Assembly: GCA_021783135.1 (NCBI GenBank)
Contig: JAJXUE010000001.1
Span: 41,926 to 105,925 of the forward strand
DNA from: Bacillota bacterium
Lineage (GTDB): Bacteria > Bacillota > Desulfitobacteriia > Desulfitobacteriales > JAJXUE01
Direction: 5' to 3'
DNA: 64,000 nucleotides
Shown piece by piece: positions 28,362-41,471 of the stretch. Below the pieces are notes generated by a model. It did no database searches. It was not told the DNA's origin and worked only from the letters and a program-made list of their open reading frames with translations. Positions within the stretch are counted from its first letter, which is position 1, and every line of letters starts with the position of its first letter. A program made the translations under genes and the position numbers.

Positions 28362-28390
28362 ATGTTAGCATAACTAACGAAGAATATCAA
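28362..28390 (-). promoter_or_regulatory. candidate promoter of the tRNA-tadA cluster
   Basis: Minus strand TTGATA (28390-28385), 17 nt, TAACAT (28367-28362), about 20 nt upstream of the tRNA-Ser(TGA) 5' end. Confidence 0.45.
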
Positions 28391-28467
28391 TAAAAACAGT
28401 ATTGCCAAATATAGCTGTGCTTTACTTTTTTGATTAAATCTATCTAAATCAGATATTTACACAACAT

Positions 28468-29736
28468 TTATTTAATATATTCTAAGCCAAGCATGTAAGG
28501 TTGTAGTACTTTAGGAATTAAGACAGACCCATCTGCTTGTTGATAATTTTCCAAAATGGCAGATACGGTGCGTCCAACGGCCAGCCCGGACCCATTTAAA
28601 GTATGCACGAATTCCGGCTTTGCCTTGGGTGCCGGCCGAAACTTAATGCTGGCCCGCCTTGCTTGGAAATCTTCAAAGTTGCTGCAAGATGAAATTTCCC
28701 GATAAGTATTAAAACTAGGTAACCATACTTCGAGGTCATATGTCTTGGCTGACGTAAAACCCATATCTCCCGTGCATAGAGCCATAACGCGATAGGGCAA
28801 CTCGAGGGCCTGTAATATGGCCTCGGCATCCGCCGTTAATCGTTCTAATTCTGCGTACGAATCTTCCGGTTTAACGAACTTTACCAATTCGACTTTGTTA
28901 AATTGATGTTGTCGGATTAAGCCTCTGGTATCTCTACCCGCTGCACCAGCTTCAGCCCGAAAACAAGCACTGTACGCACAATGATAAATTGGCAATTGTT
29001 CCGCCTCTAAAATCTCTTCCCGGTACATATTAGTTACCGGGACCTCAGCCGTTGGAATAAGAAAATAATCCGTTCCGGCTACTTTAAAAGCATCTTCTTC
29101 AAATTTAGGTAACTGACCAGTCCCTACCATACTGTGGCGATGAACCATAAACGGGGGGAAAATTTCGGTATATCCCTTACTGGTATGGGTATCAAGCATA
29201 AAGTTGATTAAAGCTCGCTCTAAACGCGCTCCTAATCCCTTATAAAAGGTAAACCTCGCCCCAGTTACTTTAGCCCCGCGCGCAAAATCCAAAATATCTA
29301 ATTTTTCACCAATTTCCCAGTGTGCTTTAGGTTCAAACCCATATTTTAACGGTTGCCCCCAAGTTCTCACAACTTGATTTTCGGTCTCATCCGCACCTAC
29401 CGGAACTGAAAAGTGTGGAATATTGGGAATATCATATAAGAAATCTGCCATACTTTGTTCAATCTCGGTCAGTTGCTGTTCTAATTCCTTTATCGACTGA
29501 TTAGCCTGACGCATTTCCAAAACGAGCTGTTCCGCGTCTTCACCTGACTTTTTGCGGCGTCCCACTTCTTCGGAAACTTTGTTACGATTGTTTTTCAAGC
29601 TTTCAACATTAACTAATATTTTACGCCTGTTCTCTTCCTGCTCTAAAAATTGGTCTAAATTAATTGCGGAACCGCGTACCTTGAGAGCCTGCTTAACTAT
29701 CTCAGGGTTGTTACGTACAAATTTCAAATCCAGCAC
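28468..29736 (-). CDS. serS: serine--tRNA ligase
   Basis: [12 protein letters not shown] start, N-terminal coiled-coil arm, and class II motifs ([30 protein letters not shown]). Confidence 0.96.
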   Translation of the reverse strand: MLDLKFVRNNPEIVKQALKVRGSAINLDQFLEQEENRRKILVNVESLKNNRNKVSEEVGRRKKSGEDAEQLVLEMRQANQSIKELEQQLTEIEQSMADFLYDIPNIPHFSVPVGADETENQVVRTWGQPLKYGFEPKAHWEIGEKLDILDFARGAKVTGARFTFYKGLGARLERALINFMLDTHTSKGYTEIFPPFMVHRHSMVGTGQLPKFEEDAFKVAGTDYFLIPTAEVPVTNMYREEILEAEQLPIYHCAYSACFRAEAGAAGRDTRGLIRQHQFNKVELVKFVKPEDSYAELERLTADAEAILQALELPYRVMALCTGDMGFTSAKTYDLEVWLPSFNTYREISSCSNFEDFQARRASIKFRPAPKAKPEFVHTLNGSGLAVGRTVSAILENYQQADGSVLIPKVLQPYMLGLEYIK

Positions 29737-29834
29737 TTACCACATCTCCTTTTCATTCGTTAAGCTGCTTAGATTTTATTTCCAATTATCATATCAAAAA
29801 CATGCTGCATGGTCAAATTAATAGATTCCTTTTG

Positions 29835-29875
29835 ATAAATAGCAAGACCTGTCCTGTGTATATCACGGACAGGTC
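29835..29875 (-). terminator. terminator after pdxT
   Basis: Stem GACCTGTCC / GGACAGGTC (29846-29875) followed on the minus strand by TTGCTATTTATC. Confidence 0.55.
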
Positions 29876-29880
29876 GGCTC

Positions 29881-30462
29881 TTATTTATTTATAGCTTCTT
29901 CAACCATTTGAATAAAATACTGATGAATTCTCTTATCGTTGGTGAGTTCGGGATGAAACGAACTTGCTAAAAAATTACCCTGACGTGCAAACACAATTTT
30001 ACTATCATATTGCGCCAATATCCCTACATTTGGTGCAACTCTCTCAATGAGCGGAGCACGAATAAACACCGCTGCAAAAGGTTTATAGCCTAAAACAGGA
30101 ATTGCCAGTTCACATTCGAAACTATCAATTTGTCTCCCAAAGGCATTGCGCTGTACTGAGATATCCATTAAATTTAGACTTGGCTGACTACTACCAATTA
30201 TATCCTTCGCTAATACGATCAGGCCGGCGCATGTGCCATAAATTGGCATGCCAACTTCGGCACGGCTAACTATTGCCTGCTCCAACTGAAATTCACGCAT
30301 CAGCTTTGTAATGGTAGTGCTTTCGCCGCCAGGGATAATTAACCCTTGAATCTGATCCAACTCTACCGGTTTGCGGACTTCAATTACCTCATGTCCACAT
30401 GCTTCCACCATATTGCGGTGTTCGCGAAATGCACCCTGAAGCGCTAGCACACCTATTTTCAT
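29881..30462 (-). CDS. pdxT: pyridoxal 5'-phosphate synthase glutaminase subunit PdxT
   Basis: Track ORF trimmed to ATG 30462 (RBS GAGGG). MKIGVLALQGAF start, GTCAG nucleophile elbow, FHPE. Confidence 0.92.
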   Translation of the reverse strand: MKIGVLALQGAFREHRNMVEACGHEVIEVRKPVELDQIQGLIIPGGESTTITKLMREFQLEQAIVSRAEVGMPIYGTCAGLIVLAKDIIGSSQPSLNLMDISVQRNAFGRQIDSFECELAIPVLGYKPFAAVFIRAPLIERVAPNVGILAQYDSKIVFARQGNFLASSFHPELTNDKRIHQYFIQMVEEAINK

Positions 30463-30477
30463 TTTGGCTACCCTCAT

Positions 30478-31362
30478 TTACCAACCACGTTCCTGCATTC
30501 TTTGTTCAGGCGCAAGCGAGGAAATTTCAATTCCTGGCATTGCTTCACCTAAATCACGTGAAACTTCAGCTAGGATTTTAGGATCATTATAATGAGTAGT
30601 TGCAGCTACAATAGCCTTCGCACGTGCGGCAGGATTATTTGATTTAAAAATTCCTGAGCCCACAAATACTCCGTCTACACCCAGTTGCATCATAAGCGCT
30701 GCATCGGCAGGTGTGGCAATGCCACCAGCTGCGAAATTTACTACCGGTAATTTACCATTTTCAGCAACGTAGAGCACCAAATCGTATGGTGCAGCCATAT
30801 TTTTTGCTGCGGTCATCAATTCTTCTTTGGGTAGGTTCTGAAGTCTGCGTATTTCACCCATCACTGTGCGCATATGGCGTACGGCTTCGACCACATTACC
30901 AGTTCCCGGTTCACCTTTAGTACGAATCATAGCTGCTCCTTCGCCAATTCGGCGCAAGGCTTCGCCTAAATTTTTTGCTCCACATACAAAGGGAACCTTA
31001 AAGTCATTTTTATTAATATGGTAAAGGTCATCCGCCGGTGTTAGGACCTCACTCTCATCAATATAATCAGCACCTAAGGCTTCTAAAATTTGGGCCTCGA
31101 CGAAATGGCCTATTCTCGCCTTTGCCATTACGGGAATAGTGACTACTTCCATAATGCGTTGAATTATCGTAGGATCAGCCATTCTAGCCACACCACCGGC
31201 CGCCCTAATATCTGAAGGTACCCTTTCAAGCGCCATAACTGCGCACGCACCGGCCTCTTCGGCAATTTTTGCCTGCTCCGGAGTAGTGACATCCATAATG
31301 ACGCCACCTTTAAGCATTTCTGCTAAGCCTTTTTTAACAGTCCATGAACCTTTTTCTACCAT
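30478..31362 (-). CDS. pdxS: pyridoxal 5'-phosphate synthase lyase subunit PdxS
   Basis: [20 protein letters not shown] and FVCGA motifs; 294 aa. Confidence 0.96.
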   Translation of the reverse strand: MVEKGSWTVKKGLAEMLKGGVIMDVTTPEQAKIAEEAGACAVMALERVPSDIRAAGGVARMADPTIIQRIMEVVTIPVMAKARIGHFVEAQILEALGADYIDESEVLTPADDLYHINKNDFKVPFVCGAKNLGEALRRIGEGAAMIRTKGEPGTGNVVEAVRHMRTVMGEIRRLQNLPKEELMTAAKNMAAPYDLVLYVAENGKLPVVNFAAGGIATPADAALMMQLGVDGVFVGSGIFKSNNPAARAKAIVAATTHYNDPKILAEVSRDLGEAMPGIEISSLAPEQRMQERGW

Positions 31363-31451
31363 TACGCCTGCCCCCTGTTTATATCTACAAAATTTCAGAT
31401 AATGATTTACATTGTACAGTATTTATTATTTTTAAACAAGTAAACGCTGCT

Positions 31452-33965
31452 TTAGCTTTCACTGTCTTGTATAGACTCGCCTGGAGAATCATCCTGGATT
31501 AATTCTTCTTCAGTATCCTCTTCGCTTTCCTTACCCTGAACACGAGCTAGTGAAACGACCTTACTGTTACCGGTTTTCATAATAGTTACACCTTGGGAGG
31601 CACGACTAAGCCTCGAAACATCATTAATGTTGATGCGAATGATAATACCTTCTGCGGTAATGACCAACAATTCTTCATCTTCGGTTACTACTTTAATTCC
31701 GGCCAACTCGCCGGTCTTCTCATTCAACCGACAGGCCATAATTCCCTTCCCACCCCTAGTCTGTGAACGATATTCATTAAGATACGTTCTTTTACCAAAA
31801 CCGTTTTCCGTGACCGTAAACAAATCAACTTCAGGAATAACTGAATCCATAGCCACAACCTGATCTGTATCTGCTAATGTTATCCCTTTGACCCCACGGG
31901 CAGTGCGTCCTAAATGTCGGACTTGTTCTTCCTCAAAACGGATAGCCATGCCTTTTTTAGTACATAAAATAATTTCTTCTTGACCCGCAGTTAATTTTAC
32001 CCCAATTAACTCGTCACCTTCATCCAAATTTATGGCGATAATACCATCTTTGCGTGGAGAATTATATTCTTTTAAATTCGTTTTCTTAACGACACCACGC
32101 CTGGTGGCCATAAATAAAAACAAGTTATCATTGTATTCTTTGAGCGGGATTACTGTATTTACCTGCTCATCGCCACTAACATATAACAAGTTTACAATAG
32201 CCGTACCTTTTGCCGTACGCCCTGCTTCGGGGATCTCATAAACCTTAAGTCTATAAACCTTACCCTTATTTGTAAAAAATAACATGTAATGATGAGTTGT
32301 GGTAGTAAATATGTGCTCTACAAAATCTTCCTCTTTTGTAGCCATAGCGGTAACTCCGCGGCCCCCGCGGCGTTGTGCCTTATAGGTGTTAGCAGGCAAT
32401 CGCTTTATATAGCCATTATGTGTAATAGTTATAACGACATCTTCTTCTTCAATCAAGTCCTCTATATTCATCTTAGTATCTTCAAGTGAAATATCCGTTC
32501 TTCGCTCATCAGCGAATTTAGTTTGAATATCACTCATTTCTTTTTTAATAATGTCTAAAATAAGTTGTTCATTTGCCAAAATATCTTTTAAATTATTGAT
32601 TAGCTTTACAAGCTCCTGATATTCTCCCTCAAGTTTTTCTCTTTCCAACCCAGTCAAACGATTTAAGCGCATTTCAAGAATGGCCTGTGCCTGTTTTTCG
32701 GATAGACCATATTTAGCAATTAACGAATTTCTCGCTATTTCTGTCGTGCGCGACTCGCGAATTGTGGAGATAACTTCATCAATATAATCTAAAGCTATGC
32801 GTAGTCCCTCTAAAATGTGACACTCAGCCTCAGCCTTGGCTAGATCAAATGCGGTACGGCGAACAATAACGTCTTTTTGGTGCTCGATAAAATAATGCAG
32901 GACTTCCTTGAGATTTAAAACCTTGGGTTGCCCGTCTACTAAGGCCAACATAATAACCCCAAAAGTTTCTTGTAATTGGGTGTGTTTGTATAATTGATTG
33001 AGGATAATTTGAGGATTTACATCACGCCTCAGCTCAATTACCACATGCATACCATTGCGATCAGATTCATCTCTTAGATCAGTGATTCCCTCTATTTTTT
33101 TATCACGTACCAACTCGGCAATTTTTTCTACTAAATGAGCTTTGTTAACTTGGTAAGGCAACTCAGATACTACAATGCGGTTTTTCCCTGATTTTTCCAT
33201 TTGTTCAATTTGCGTTTTAGCCCTTATTCGAATACTCCCGCGACCGGAACGATAGGCATCATAAATACCATCTACGCCCAATATAGTCCCACCGGTTGGA
33301 AAGTCAGGACCTTTAATGACGCTCATTAAATCCTTCAAGTCCGCATCAGGGTTATCAATTAATAATTTTACCCCTTCTACAACCTCACCGAGATTGTGAG
33401 GGGGAATATTTGTGGCCATACCGACAGCAATTCCGGAAGAACCATTAACAAGCAAGTTCGGAAACCTTGCCGGCATAACTATTGGTTCTTCTAATTTCTC
33501 GTCGTAGTTTGGTTTGAAATTAACAGTATTCTTATCAATGTCGGCTAACATATAGGGCGTGATCTTTGCCATTCTGGCTTCGGTATAACGCATTGCTGCC
33601 GCAGAATCTCCATCAACAGAGCCAAAATTGCCATGACCGTCAATCAAAGGATAGCGAGATGAAAAATTTTGGGCGAGTCTTACCAAAGCATCGTAGATTG
33701 CACTGTCACCATGGGGGTGATATTTACCCATACAGTCCCCTACAAGCCTGGCAGATTTGCTGTGAGGCTTGTTAGGTGTCATACCTAACTCGTGTAAAGT
33801 GAACAATATCCGCCGATGCACAGGCTTAAGACCATCTCTAACGTCCGGCAATGCGCGACTAACAATAACACTCATGGAGTAACTCATAAATGATTTTTTC
33901 ATCTCATCGCTAATTTCAATTGGCACTATTTTTCCATCAAAGGCTTCAGTGGCCACTTTATTCAC
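31452..33965 (-). CDS. gyrA: DNA gyrase subunit A
   Basis: DGLKPVHRR, the AAMRYTE active-site Tyr region and a QRRGGRG-type GyrA box (AQRRGGRG). Confidence 0.97.
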   Translation of the reverse strand: MNKVATEAFDGKIVPIEISDEMKKSFMSYSMSVIVSRALPDVRDGLKPVHRRILFTLHELGMTPNKPHSKSARLVGDCMGKYHPHGDSAIYDALVRLAQNFSSRYPLIDGHGNFGSVDGDSAAAMRYTEARMAKITPYMLADIDKNTVNFKPNYDEKLEEPIVMPARFPNLLVNGSSGIAVGMATNIPPHNLGEVVEGVKLLIDNPDADLKDLMSVIKGPDFPTGGTILGVDGIYDAYRSGRGSIRIRAKTQIEQMEKSGKNRIVVSELPYQVNKAHLVEKIAELVRDKKIEGITDLRDESDRNGMHVVIELRRDVNPQIILNQLYKHTQLQETFGVIMLALVDGQPKVLNLKEVLHYFIEHQKDVIVRRTAFDLAKAEAECHILEGLRIALDYIDEVISTIRESRTTEIARNSLIAKYGLSEKQAQAILEMRLNRLTGLEREKLEGEYQELVKLINNLKDILANEQLILDIIKKEMSDIQTKFADERRTDISLEDTKMNIEDLIEEEDVVITITHNGYIKRLPANTYKAQRRGGRGVTAMATKEEDFVEHIFTTTTHHYMLFFTNKGKVYRLKVYEIPEAGRTAKGTAIVNLLYVSGDEQVNTVIPLKEYNDNLFLFMATRRGVVKKTNLKEYNSPRKDGIIAINLDEGDELIGVKLTAGQEEIILCTKKGMAIRFEEEQVRHLGRTARGVKGITLADTDQVVAMDSVIPEVDLFTVTENGFGKRTYLNEYRSQTRGGKGIMACRLNEKTGELAGIKVVTEDEELLVITAEGIIIRININDVSRLSRASQGVTIMKTGNSKVVSLARVQGKESEEDTEEELIQDDSPGESIQDSES

Positions 33966-33968
33966 CCC

Positions 33969-35903
<1,935 letters not shown>

Positions 35904-35974
35904 CTATATTACCTCCAATACTGGCCTTCAATCCTTAATTTTACTCTTATTTTCCAACTAATTCAAGTTTGTAG

Positions 35975-36017
35975 CATTAAAACAAGATAGTCTCACACTA
36001 AAGTGAGACTACCTTGT
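35975..36017 (-). terminator. terminator after remB
   Basis: Minus strand ACAAGGTAGTCTCAC tttagt GTGAGACTATCTTGT followed by TTTAATG. Confidence 0.6.
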
Positions 36018-36033
36018 TGATTAACTCTGAGAT

Positions 36034-36297
36034 TTAATCGGCATCATTTTCAAAATTATTATTTTGTGACCTTTTTAATAACGTATAAGATGATATTGGT
36101 GATATATACATTGCCTTATCAGTAATTACCAAAGTTTTTTCTTTACCATCTTCACTTATTTTAATTATTTCATGATCGTTTAAAACATTAGTTAAGAAGT
36201 CAGAGGATAATGAGCTATTTTTTGTAGAATATAAATCAAGAATAGCTATTATATGTGAATAACTAACGATTACATCACCACCAAGGTGCAAAAACAT
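36034..36297 (-). CDS. remB: DUF370 protein (RemB/YaaB-like)
   Basis: MFLHLGGDVIVSYSHIIAILDL matches the DUF370 N-terminus. Sits between recF and gyrB as in B. subtilis. Confidence 0.75.
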   Translation of the reverse strand: MFLHLGGDVIVSYSHIIAILDLYSTKNSSLSSDFLTNVLNDHEIIKISEDGKEKTLVITDKAMYISPISSYTLLKRSQNNNFENDAD

Positions 36298-36353
36298 AAA
36301 ATTATACAGTCCTTTCTTAAAATAGACTTTAAGGTTTTATATAAACCATTTAT

Positions 36354-37466
36354 TCAAAAAAACAGTTTACCATCATCAACTCTAATTGTTTTAAATGCGG
36401 AGAATAAGGAACTATCAATAAATTCTAAATTAGTAGTAGTTATGAAAGTTTGTAATTTTTTTTGCACCGCTGTGATTAAATAGTGACGTCTTAGATTATC
36501 AAGCTCAGATAATACATCGTCTAAAAGTAAAACCGGATATTCTCCTGTTTCGCCTTTAATTATTTCCAACTCAGCTAGTTTCAATGCTAAGGCAATTGTT
36601 CGTTGTTGCCCTTGCGAACCATAAAGTCTGGCCTCAGCTCCATCGATATAAAATATTAAATCATCTCGATGTGGACCAACTAATGTCATCCCTCTGCTAA
36701 ATTCAGCTTGCTTACTTTCAAGTAGTTGTTTTATAAACCAGTTTTCTATTTCATTAACAGTCATATCAGGCTTAGCGCTAATTGAACATAAATATTTAAT
36801 CTCTAACTTTTCTTTTCCGGCCGCTATTTGATAGTAATTTTGCTTAGCTAATAAGGCCATTTTCCGAATAATTTCAAATCGCTTATGTAAAATTTTGCTA
36901 CCATAGCTAACTAGTTGAGCATCCCAAATTTCCAAAGTATCTTCATTTTTATTTGATTCGCGTCTTCCCTTTAAAAAAAAATTCCTTTGTTCAACAACCT
37001 TACTATATTTTATAAGCAGGTAAGTATAACTCTTACTTACTTGTGTTATTGCCAAATCCAGAAATTTTCTCCTCTCTTTAGGCCCTCCCTTAACGATAAC
37101 TAATTCCTCTGGCGAAAATAATACAACGGACAAAGCACCAATATAATCAGGTAATTTTGTTTGTTTAATTCCTGCTATTTTCAATAATTTTTGACCATTT
37201 TCTTGGTAATCTATTTCTAAATCAACTGAATTAATTTTCCGCTGGACTGTTCCTTTAATGTGATAATAAGAACTATCCCAACTTATTAACTCGCGATCTT
37301 TATTATTACGTGAAGATCGAGTTGTTGCTAAACAATATATTGCTTCTAATAGATTCGTTTTTCCCTGCGCATTAAAACCAAATAAAATATTTACATTAGG
37401 ATCAGGATGTAGATTTAGTTGTTTATAATTACGAAAATTAATCAATTGTAACTCAGTTATTATCAT
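36354..37466 (-). CDS. recF: DNA replication and repair protein RecF
   Basis: GFNAQGKTNLLEAI Walker A, SQGQQRT signature motif, LLLDDVLSELD Walker B. Confidence 0.95.
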   Translation of the reverse strand: MIITELQLINFRNYKQLNLHPDPNVNILFGFNAQGKTNLLEAIYCLATTRSSRNNKDRELISWDSSYYHIKGTVQRKINSVDLEIDYQENGQKLLKIAGIKQTKLPDYIGALSVVLFSPEELVIVKGGPKERRKFLDLAITQVSKSYTYLLIKYSKVVEQRNFFLKGRRESNKNEDTLEIWDAQLVSYGSKILHKRFEIIRKMALLAKQNYYQIAAGKEKLEIKYLCSISAKPDMTVNEIENWFIKQLLESKQAEFSRGMTLVGPHRDDLIFYIDGAEARLYGSQGQQRTIALALKLAELEIIKGETGEYPVLLLDDVLSELDNLRRHYLITAVQKKLQTFITTTNLEFIDSSLFSAFKTIRVDDGKLFF

Positions 37467-37475
37467 TTCAAATCT

Positions 37476-38582
37476 CTAGTTAGTTCTTATAGGCAAAATA
37501 AGATATAAATAATTATTCGCATCAACTGGCCTAATAATACCGGGACTTAACGAACCAGTAAGTTCAATAACTATTTCTTCACAATCAATAACCTTTAATA
37601 CATCAACCAAATATCGTGAATTGAAAGATATCTGAGCTTCTTCGCCTTGTAACTCGACCTGAACTTCTTCGTATACTTTACCTAAGTCTGCAGAATCTGA
37701 GGTAATAATTAAGGCATTTTCCTGAACTTTTAATTTAATTACGTTACTACCTTCTCGTGCCACCAATGACGCCCGTTCTGTAGCATCAAGTAATGCTTTT
37801 GTCAGAACACGTATTTTTGTTTTACAGCTTGTCGGAATTACTTGTTTATAATTAGGAAATTGACCTTCTATAAGACGTGAAAGTAAAGATATATTGCCAA
37901 ATTTAAAATTAATTTGATTTTCAGCAAATATTATGTCGATCATTTCATCATCATCCTGGATTAAACGGCTTACCTCTACTAGAGCTTTGGCTGGAACTAC
38001 TGCTTGCCAATTCATATTTGTATCAGCTTCAAGTGTGGTATTACGATATGCAAGTCTATGAGTATCTGTGGCAACAGTTTTAAAAATATCGTTTTCAATG
38101 ATTACGAGAACTCCTGTAAATATCGGTCTATTTTCGTCAGTGGCAGCTGAAAAAGCAACTTGTTTAACCATACTTTTAAAAATAGATGATTTTATAGAAA
38201 TATTATGATTTTCCTCCAAAGCGGGTATGACAGGAAATTCTTCAGAATCCATACAATTAATAGTAGTCTGAGAAGGACTATAATTAACAGTTAAAATATT
38301 ATTCTGGTTATTTGTATTAAGCTCGATTTTAGTATCTGGTAATTTTTTTACAATTTCAGAAAATATTCTGGCCGGAACAACTAACGAACCATGTTCGATA
38401 ACTTGAACAGGTATCGAACAATCTATCCCTAATTCAAGATCGGTCGCCGTTAAATATAGACGGTCTACTTCGGTTTTAATAAGTATACCTGATAGAATTG
38501 GCAAAGTTGTCTTTGCTGAAACTGCTCTTAGAACAACCTGAACACCTTGGATTAAATTTTCTCGATTACAGAGGATTTTCAT
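37476..38582 (-). CDS. dnaN: DNA polymerase III beta sliding clamp
   Basis: Track ORF 37476..38702 trimmed to ATG 38582 (RBS AAAGGAGGAAG), giving 368 aa starting MKILCNRENL. The longer form would read through the origin unwinding region. Confidence 0.95.
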   Translation of the reverse strand: MKILCNRENLIQGVQVVLRAVSAKTTLPILSGILIKTEVDRLYLTATDLELGIDCSIPVQVIEHGSLVVPARIFSEIVKKLPDTKIELNTNNQNNILTVNYSPSQTTINCMDSEEFPVIPALEENHNISIKSSIFKSMVKQVAFSAATDENRPIFTGVLVIIENDIFKTVATDTHRLAYRNTTLEADTNMNWQAVVPAKALVEVSRLIQDDDEMIDIIFAENQINFKFGNISLLSRLIEGQFPNYKQVIPTSCKTKIRVLTKALLDATERASLVAREGSNVIKLKVQENALIITSDSADLGKVYEEVQVELQGEEAQISFNSRYLVDVLKVIDCEEIVIELTGSLSPGIIRPVDANNYLYLILPIRTN

Positions 38583-38797
38583 ATTTCTTCCTCCTTTAAT
38601 TTTTTGGTTTTTAATAATATAAATATTTAACTTTGATAGTAGTAATAGTAGTAGGGGGTGTGGATTTGTTGATATCAATGCTGAGACACTGGTGAAGGCC
38701 AAACTCAGCAGTGGAAAAAGTGTGCAGAAACTTGTTTACTATTTTGGCTTATTAACAGGTGTAAAATTGTGCACATTTAATTAACATACTTATCCAC
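38583..38797 (-). other. oriC part II (dnaA-dnaN spacer): DnaA boxes, GC cluster, DnaA-trios and AT-rich unwinding element
   Basis: Reading dnaA to dnaN: TTATCCACT (38790-38798), degenerate boxes (38749-38757, 38721-38729), and a box TGTGGATTT on the plus strand (38659-38667). Then GGGG (38655-38658), TAG TAG TAA TAG TAG TAG (38637-38654) and an AT-rich run (38590-38636). Confidence 0.75.
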
Positions 38798-40147
38798 TTA
38801 AGGTGTTTGTAACTTGTTAACTAACTCACTTAGAGTATGTTCAAATGTCGGATCATTTTTAATTTCATTGAGAATCTTTTCATGTGCATGGATTACTGTG
38901 GTGTGATCTCTACCACCAAATTCTTCGCCTATTTTTGGCAATGAGCAGTCAGTCAGTTGGCGAGATAAATACATAGCTATTTGGCGAGGGAATGCCACCG
39001 CTTTAGTTCGTTTTTTAGCTTTAAAGTCGGATATTGGTAAACTGAAATAATCTGCTACAATTTGTTGAATTAATTTTATGGTAATTTGTTTAGGACGACT
39101 TGAAGGAAGGATATCTTTAAGAGCCTCAATAGCTAATTCAATACTAAAATCGTTTGATGTTAAAGATGAATATGCAACAACGCGAATTAAAGCACCTTCC
39201 AGTTCTCTAATATTAGATTGAATTTTGTCGGCAATATAAACCATTACTTCATTTGGGACTTGTAAGTTCTCTAATTTAGCTTTTTTGCGTAATATAGCAA
39301 TTCTAGTTTCCAAGTCTGGCGGTTGAATATCGGTAATGAGGCCCCATTCAAACCGAGATCTAAGGCGATCCTCTAAAGTCGGTATTTCTTTAGGTGGACG
39401 GTCAGATGATATGATAAGTTGCTTGTTTGCTTCATGTAGGGCATTAAAAGTATGAAAAAATTCTTCTTGGGTACGTTCTTTGCCAGCTAGAAATTGAATA
39501 TCGTCGACTAATAAAACATCAATGTTACGGTATCGATTGCGAAAATCTACTGTCTTATCATCACGAATAGAATTGATTAATTCGTTAGTAAATTTCTCAG
39601 AAGAAACATACAGGACTCGAGCATGTGGTTTTTGTTCAAGGACATAATGACCAATTGCATGCATAAGGTGAGTTTTTCCAAGACCAACACCTCCATATAT
39701 AAATAGAGGATTGTAGGCTTTGGCTGGAGCCTCGGCTACAGCCAAAGAAGCTGCATGGGCAAAGCGATTACCGTTCCCAATGACAAATGTGTCAAATGTA
39801 TATTTAGGATTTAATTGAGTCGGATTAATATCATCTAAAATCTTTTCTGAAATTTTAACCATTTGAGGTACAGATCCGGAATAGTTATCCACATATTCTG
39901 GAGTAATAAACTTAATTTGAATGTCACTTTTTATTACGTTGCTAAAAGTTGCTTTAATGGAATTAAGGTATCTACTTTCAAGCCAATCCTTAGCAAACTC
40001 ATTAGCAACACAAATAATTGCAAAGTTGTCGTTTAAATCAATTAATTGAGTAGCTTTTAGCCAGGTTTCAAAGCTTGGTTTAGTGAGTTGTGTCTCCAGT
40101 ACGTCAAGTATTTTTTGCCAAATTGTAGATAAATCAGACCTGGACAT
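38798..40147 (-). CDS. dnaA: chromosomal replication initiator protein DnaA
   Basis: [10 protein letters not shown] Walker A, LLVDDIQF Walker B, and the C-terminal DNA-binding helix [11 protein letters not shown]. Confidence 0.97.
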   Translation of the reverse strand: MSRSDLSTIWQKILDVLETQLTKPSFETWLKATQLIDLNDNFAIICVANEFAKDWLESRYLNSIKATFSNVIKSDIQIKFITPEYVDNYSGSVPQMVKISEKILDDINPTQLNPKYTFDTFVIGNGNRFAHAASLAVAEAPAKAYNPLFIYGGVGLGKTHLMHAIGHYVLEQKPHARVLYVSSEKFTNELINSIRDDKTVDFRNRYRNIDVLLVDDIQFLAGKERTQEEFFHTFNALHEANKQLIISSDRPPKEIPTLEDRLRSRFEWGLITDIQPPDLETRIAILRKKAKLENLQVPNEVMVYIADKIQSNIRELEGALIRVVAYSSLTSNDFSIELAIEALKDILPSSRPKQITIKLIQQIVADYFSLPISDFKAKKRTKAVAFPRQIAMYLSRQLTDCSLPKIGEEFGGRDHTTVIHAHEKILNEIKNDPTFEHTLSELVNKLQTP

Positions 40148-40309
40148 TTGGAATATTCCTCCTCAGAAAAAGTCTAAAGAAAACTAAAATGAATGAAATT
40201 TGACCGAATTTGACGTATATAGTAGGAGATAAAGAAAAAAGTGTAAATTCGCAAGTACACTTTACAAACAAATGATAAATATAAAAAATAACTTATAATA
40301 AATAACAAA

Positions 40310-40470
40310 TTATACACAGTGTTATCCACAAACTGTGGATAACATATACTAAGACTAAAGTATAAAAAAGCCCAAAAACGCTGGGTTTTTAGGGCATCGG
40401 CAATGTTATGATAACAGGATTTTAGAAAGTTATCAACAGGTTTTTCCGAGCATAAATGACTTTATCAACA
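40310..40470. promoter_or_regulatory. oriC part I: DnaA-box cluster upstream of dnaA
   Basis: TTATACACA 40310-40318; perfect TTATCCACA 40322-40330; perfect inverted TGTGGATAA 40334-40342; TTATCAACA 40430-40438 and 40462-40470. AT-rich context between the divergent dnaA and rpmH genes. Confidence 0.85.
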
Positions 40471-40540
40471 TTTTGTAAACAGGTTAATCCCAAAAATAAT
40501 TCAGATTAATAGACAACTTAATTTATATTTCTAAACGTCC

Positions 40541-40570
40541 TTGACATCGAAAAAGCAAATAAGTTATAAT
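40541..40570 (+). promoter_or_regulatory. sigma-A promoter of the rpmH-rnpA operon
   Basis: TTGACA (40541-40546), 18 nt, TATAAT (40565-40570). Confidence 0.6.
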
Positions 40571-40631
40571 TTCAAGTGATTCTGTGTATGAGCGTTGAAA
40601 TTTACCCACTCACATAAAGGGGGTGTAAAAT

Positions 40632-40766
40632 ATGAAAAGAACATATCAGCCTAAAAATAGAAAACATAAAAGGGTTCATGGTTTTTTGAGTCGGATGAGT
40701 TCTCCTACCGGACGCAATGTTATTAAGCGTAGACGGTTAAAAGGTAGAAAAAAACTTTCAGCGTAA
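40632..40766 (+). CDS. rpmH: 50S ribosomal protein L34
   Basis: Below the ORF-track size cutoff. ATG 40632 translates to [44 protein letters not shown] (44 aa). RBS AAAGGGGGTG upstream. Confidence 0.95.
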   Translation: MKRTYQPKNRKHKRVHGFLSRMSSPTGRNVIKRRRLKGRKKLSA

Positions 40767-40895
40767 GGGCCGCATTAAGTGGCCTTTATCTTTCTGTTGG
40801 CAGTACACATCTAAAATTATTTTGAATAATTTTTTGTAAATTATAGTAGATTAGTTAGTAATAAATTCTCAGCTTTACTGATTTTAGGTGTGTTT

Positions 40896-41237
40896 ATGTT
40901 AAAGTCAATTTACCGCATAAAAAAGAATCGTGAGTTCCGCTATATATTTCAGCATAGTAGAGGTATTCCTAGCAGATATTTAGTGGTATATTATAGGCGT
41001 CATGAACGCCCAGAGCCGCGTTTTGGATTTGTAGTATCCAAAAAAGTAGGCGGTGCCGTAATTCGGAATCGTGTCCGGAGAGTGCTGCGTGAGATGGTAC
41101 GCAAAAATGTAATCAGAATCCGACCGGGAGTGGACATTATTTTCATAGCAAGGCCCGCGATTAAAGGAATTAAGGGTACTGAAGTAGAACAGGTTTTATT
41201 GAAGCTGTTGAATAAAATTGGCTTGTTAAGTGATTGA
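40896..41237 (+). CDS. rnpA: ribonuclease P protein component
   Basis: ATG 40896 lies 5 nt after AGGTG. RNR-motif region GGAVIRNRVRRVLRE. Confidence 0.9.
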   Translation: MLKSIYRIKKNREFRYIFQHSRGIPSRYLVVYYRRHERPEPRFGFVVSKKVGGAVIRNRVRRVLREMVRKNVIRIRPGVDIIFIARPAIKGIKGTEVEQVLLKLLNKIGLLSD

Positions 41238-41243
41238 TGGGTA

Positions 41244-41456
41244 ATGAGAATGAAAACTATATTTATCATAGCTATAAAGGCTTATCAAAGGTTGATATCT
41301 CCCTTATTACCTCCTAGTTGTCGGTTTTATCCGACTTGTTCTCAATACGCCATTCTGGCGTTGCAAAAGTATGGTTTGTTTAAGGGGGGCTTTTTAGCAG
41401 TTAAGAGGATCGCAAAGTGCCATCCGTTTCATCCTGGAGGGTATGATCCTATTTGA
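41244..41456 (+). CDS. yidD: membrane protein insertion efficiency factor YidD
   Basis: [23 protein letters not shown]...[12 protein letters not shown] is the YidD signature. Confidence 0.88.
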   Translation: MRMKTIFIIAIKAYQRLISPLLPPSCRFYPTCSQYAILALQKYGLFKGGFLAVKRIAKCHPFHPGGYDPI

Positions 41457-41471
41457 GGGAGGTAAGTTTGT

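Noticed and set aside
29737-29880. Expected T-box leader upstream of serS
   Set aside because: Only about 110 nt are available between the pdxT terminator and the serS start. No T-box core (GGTGGTACCGCG) is present on the minus strand.
38583-38702. N-terminal 40-codon extension of dnaN in the ORF track (start 38702)
   Set aside because: The extension has no RBS and reads through the DnaA box, GC cluster, DnaA-trios and AT-rich element. ATG 38582 has AAAGGAGGAAG upstream and gives the canonical MKILC... clamp N-terminus.
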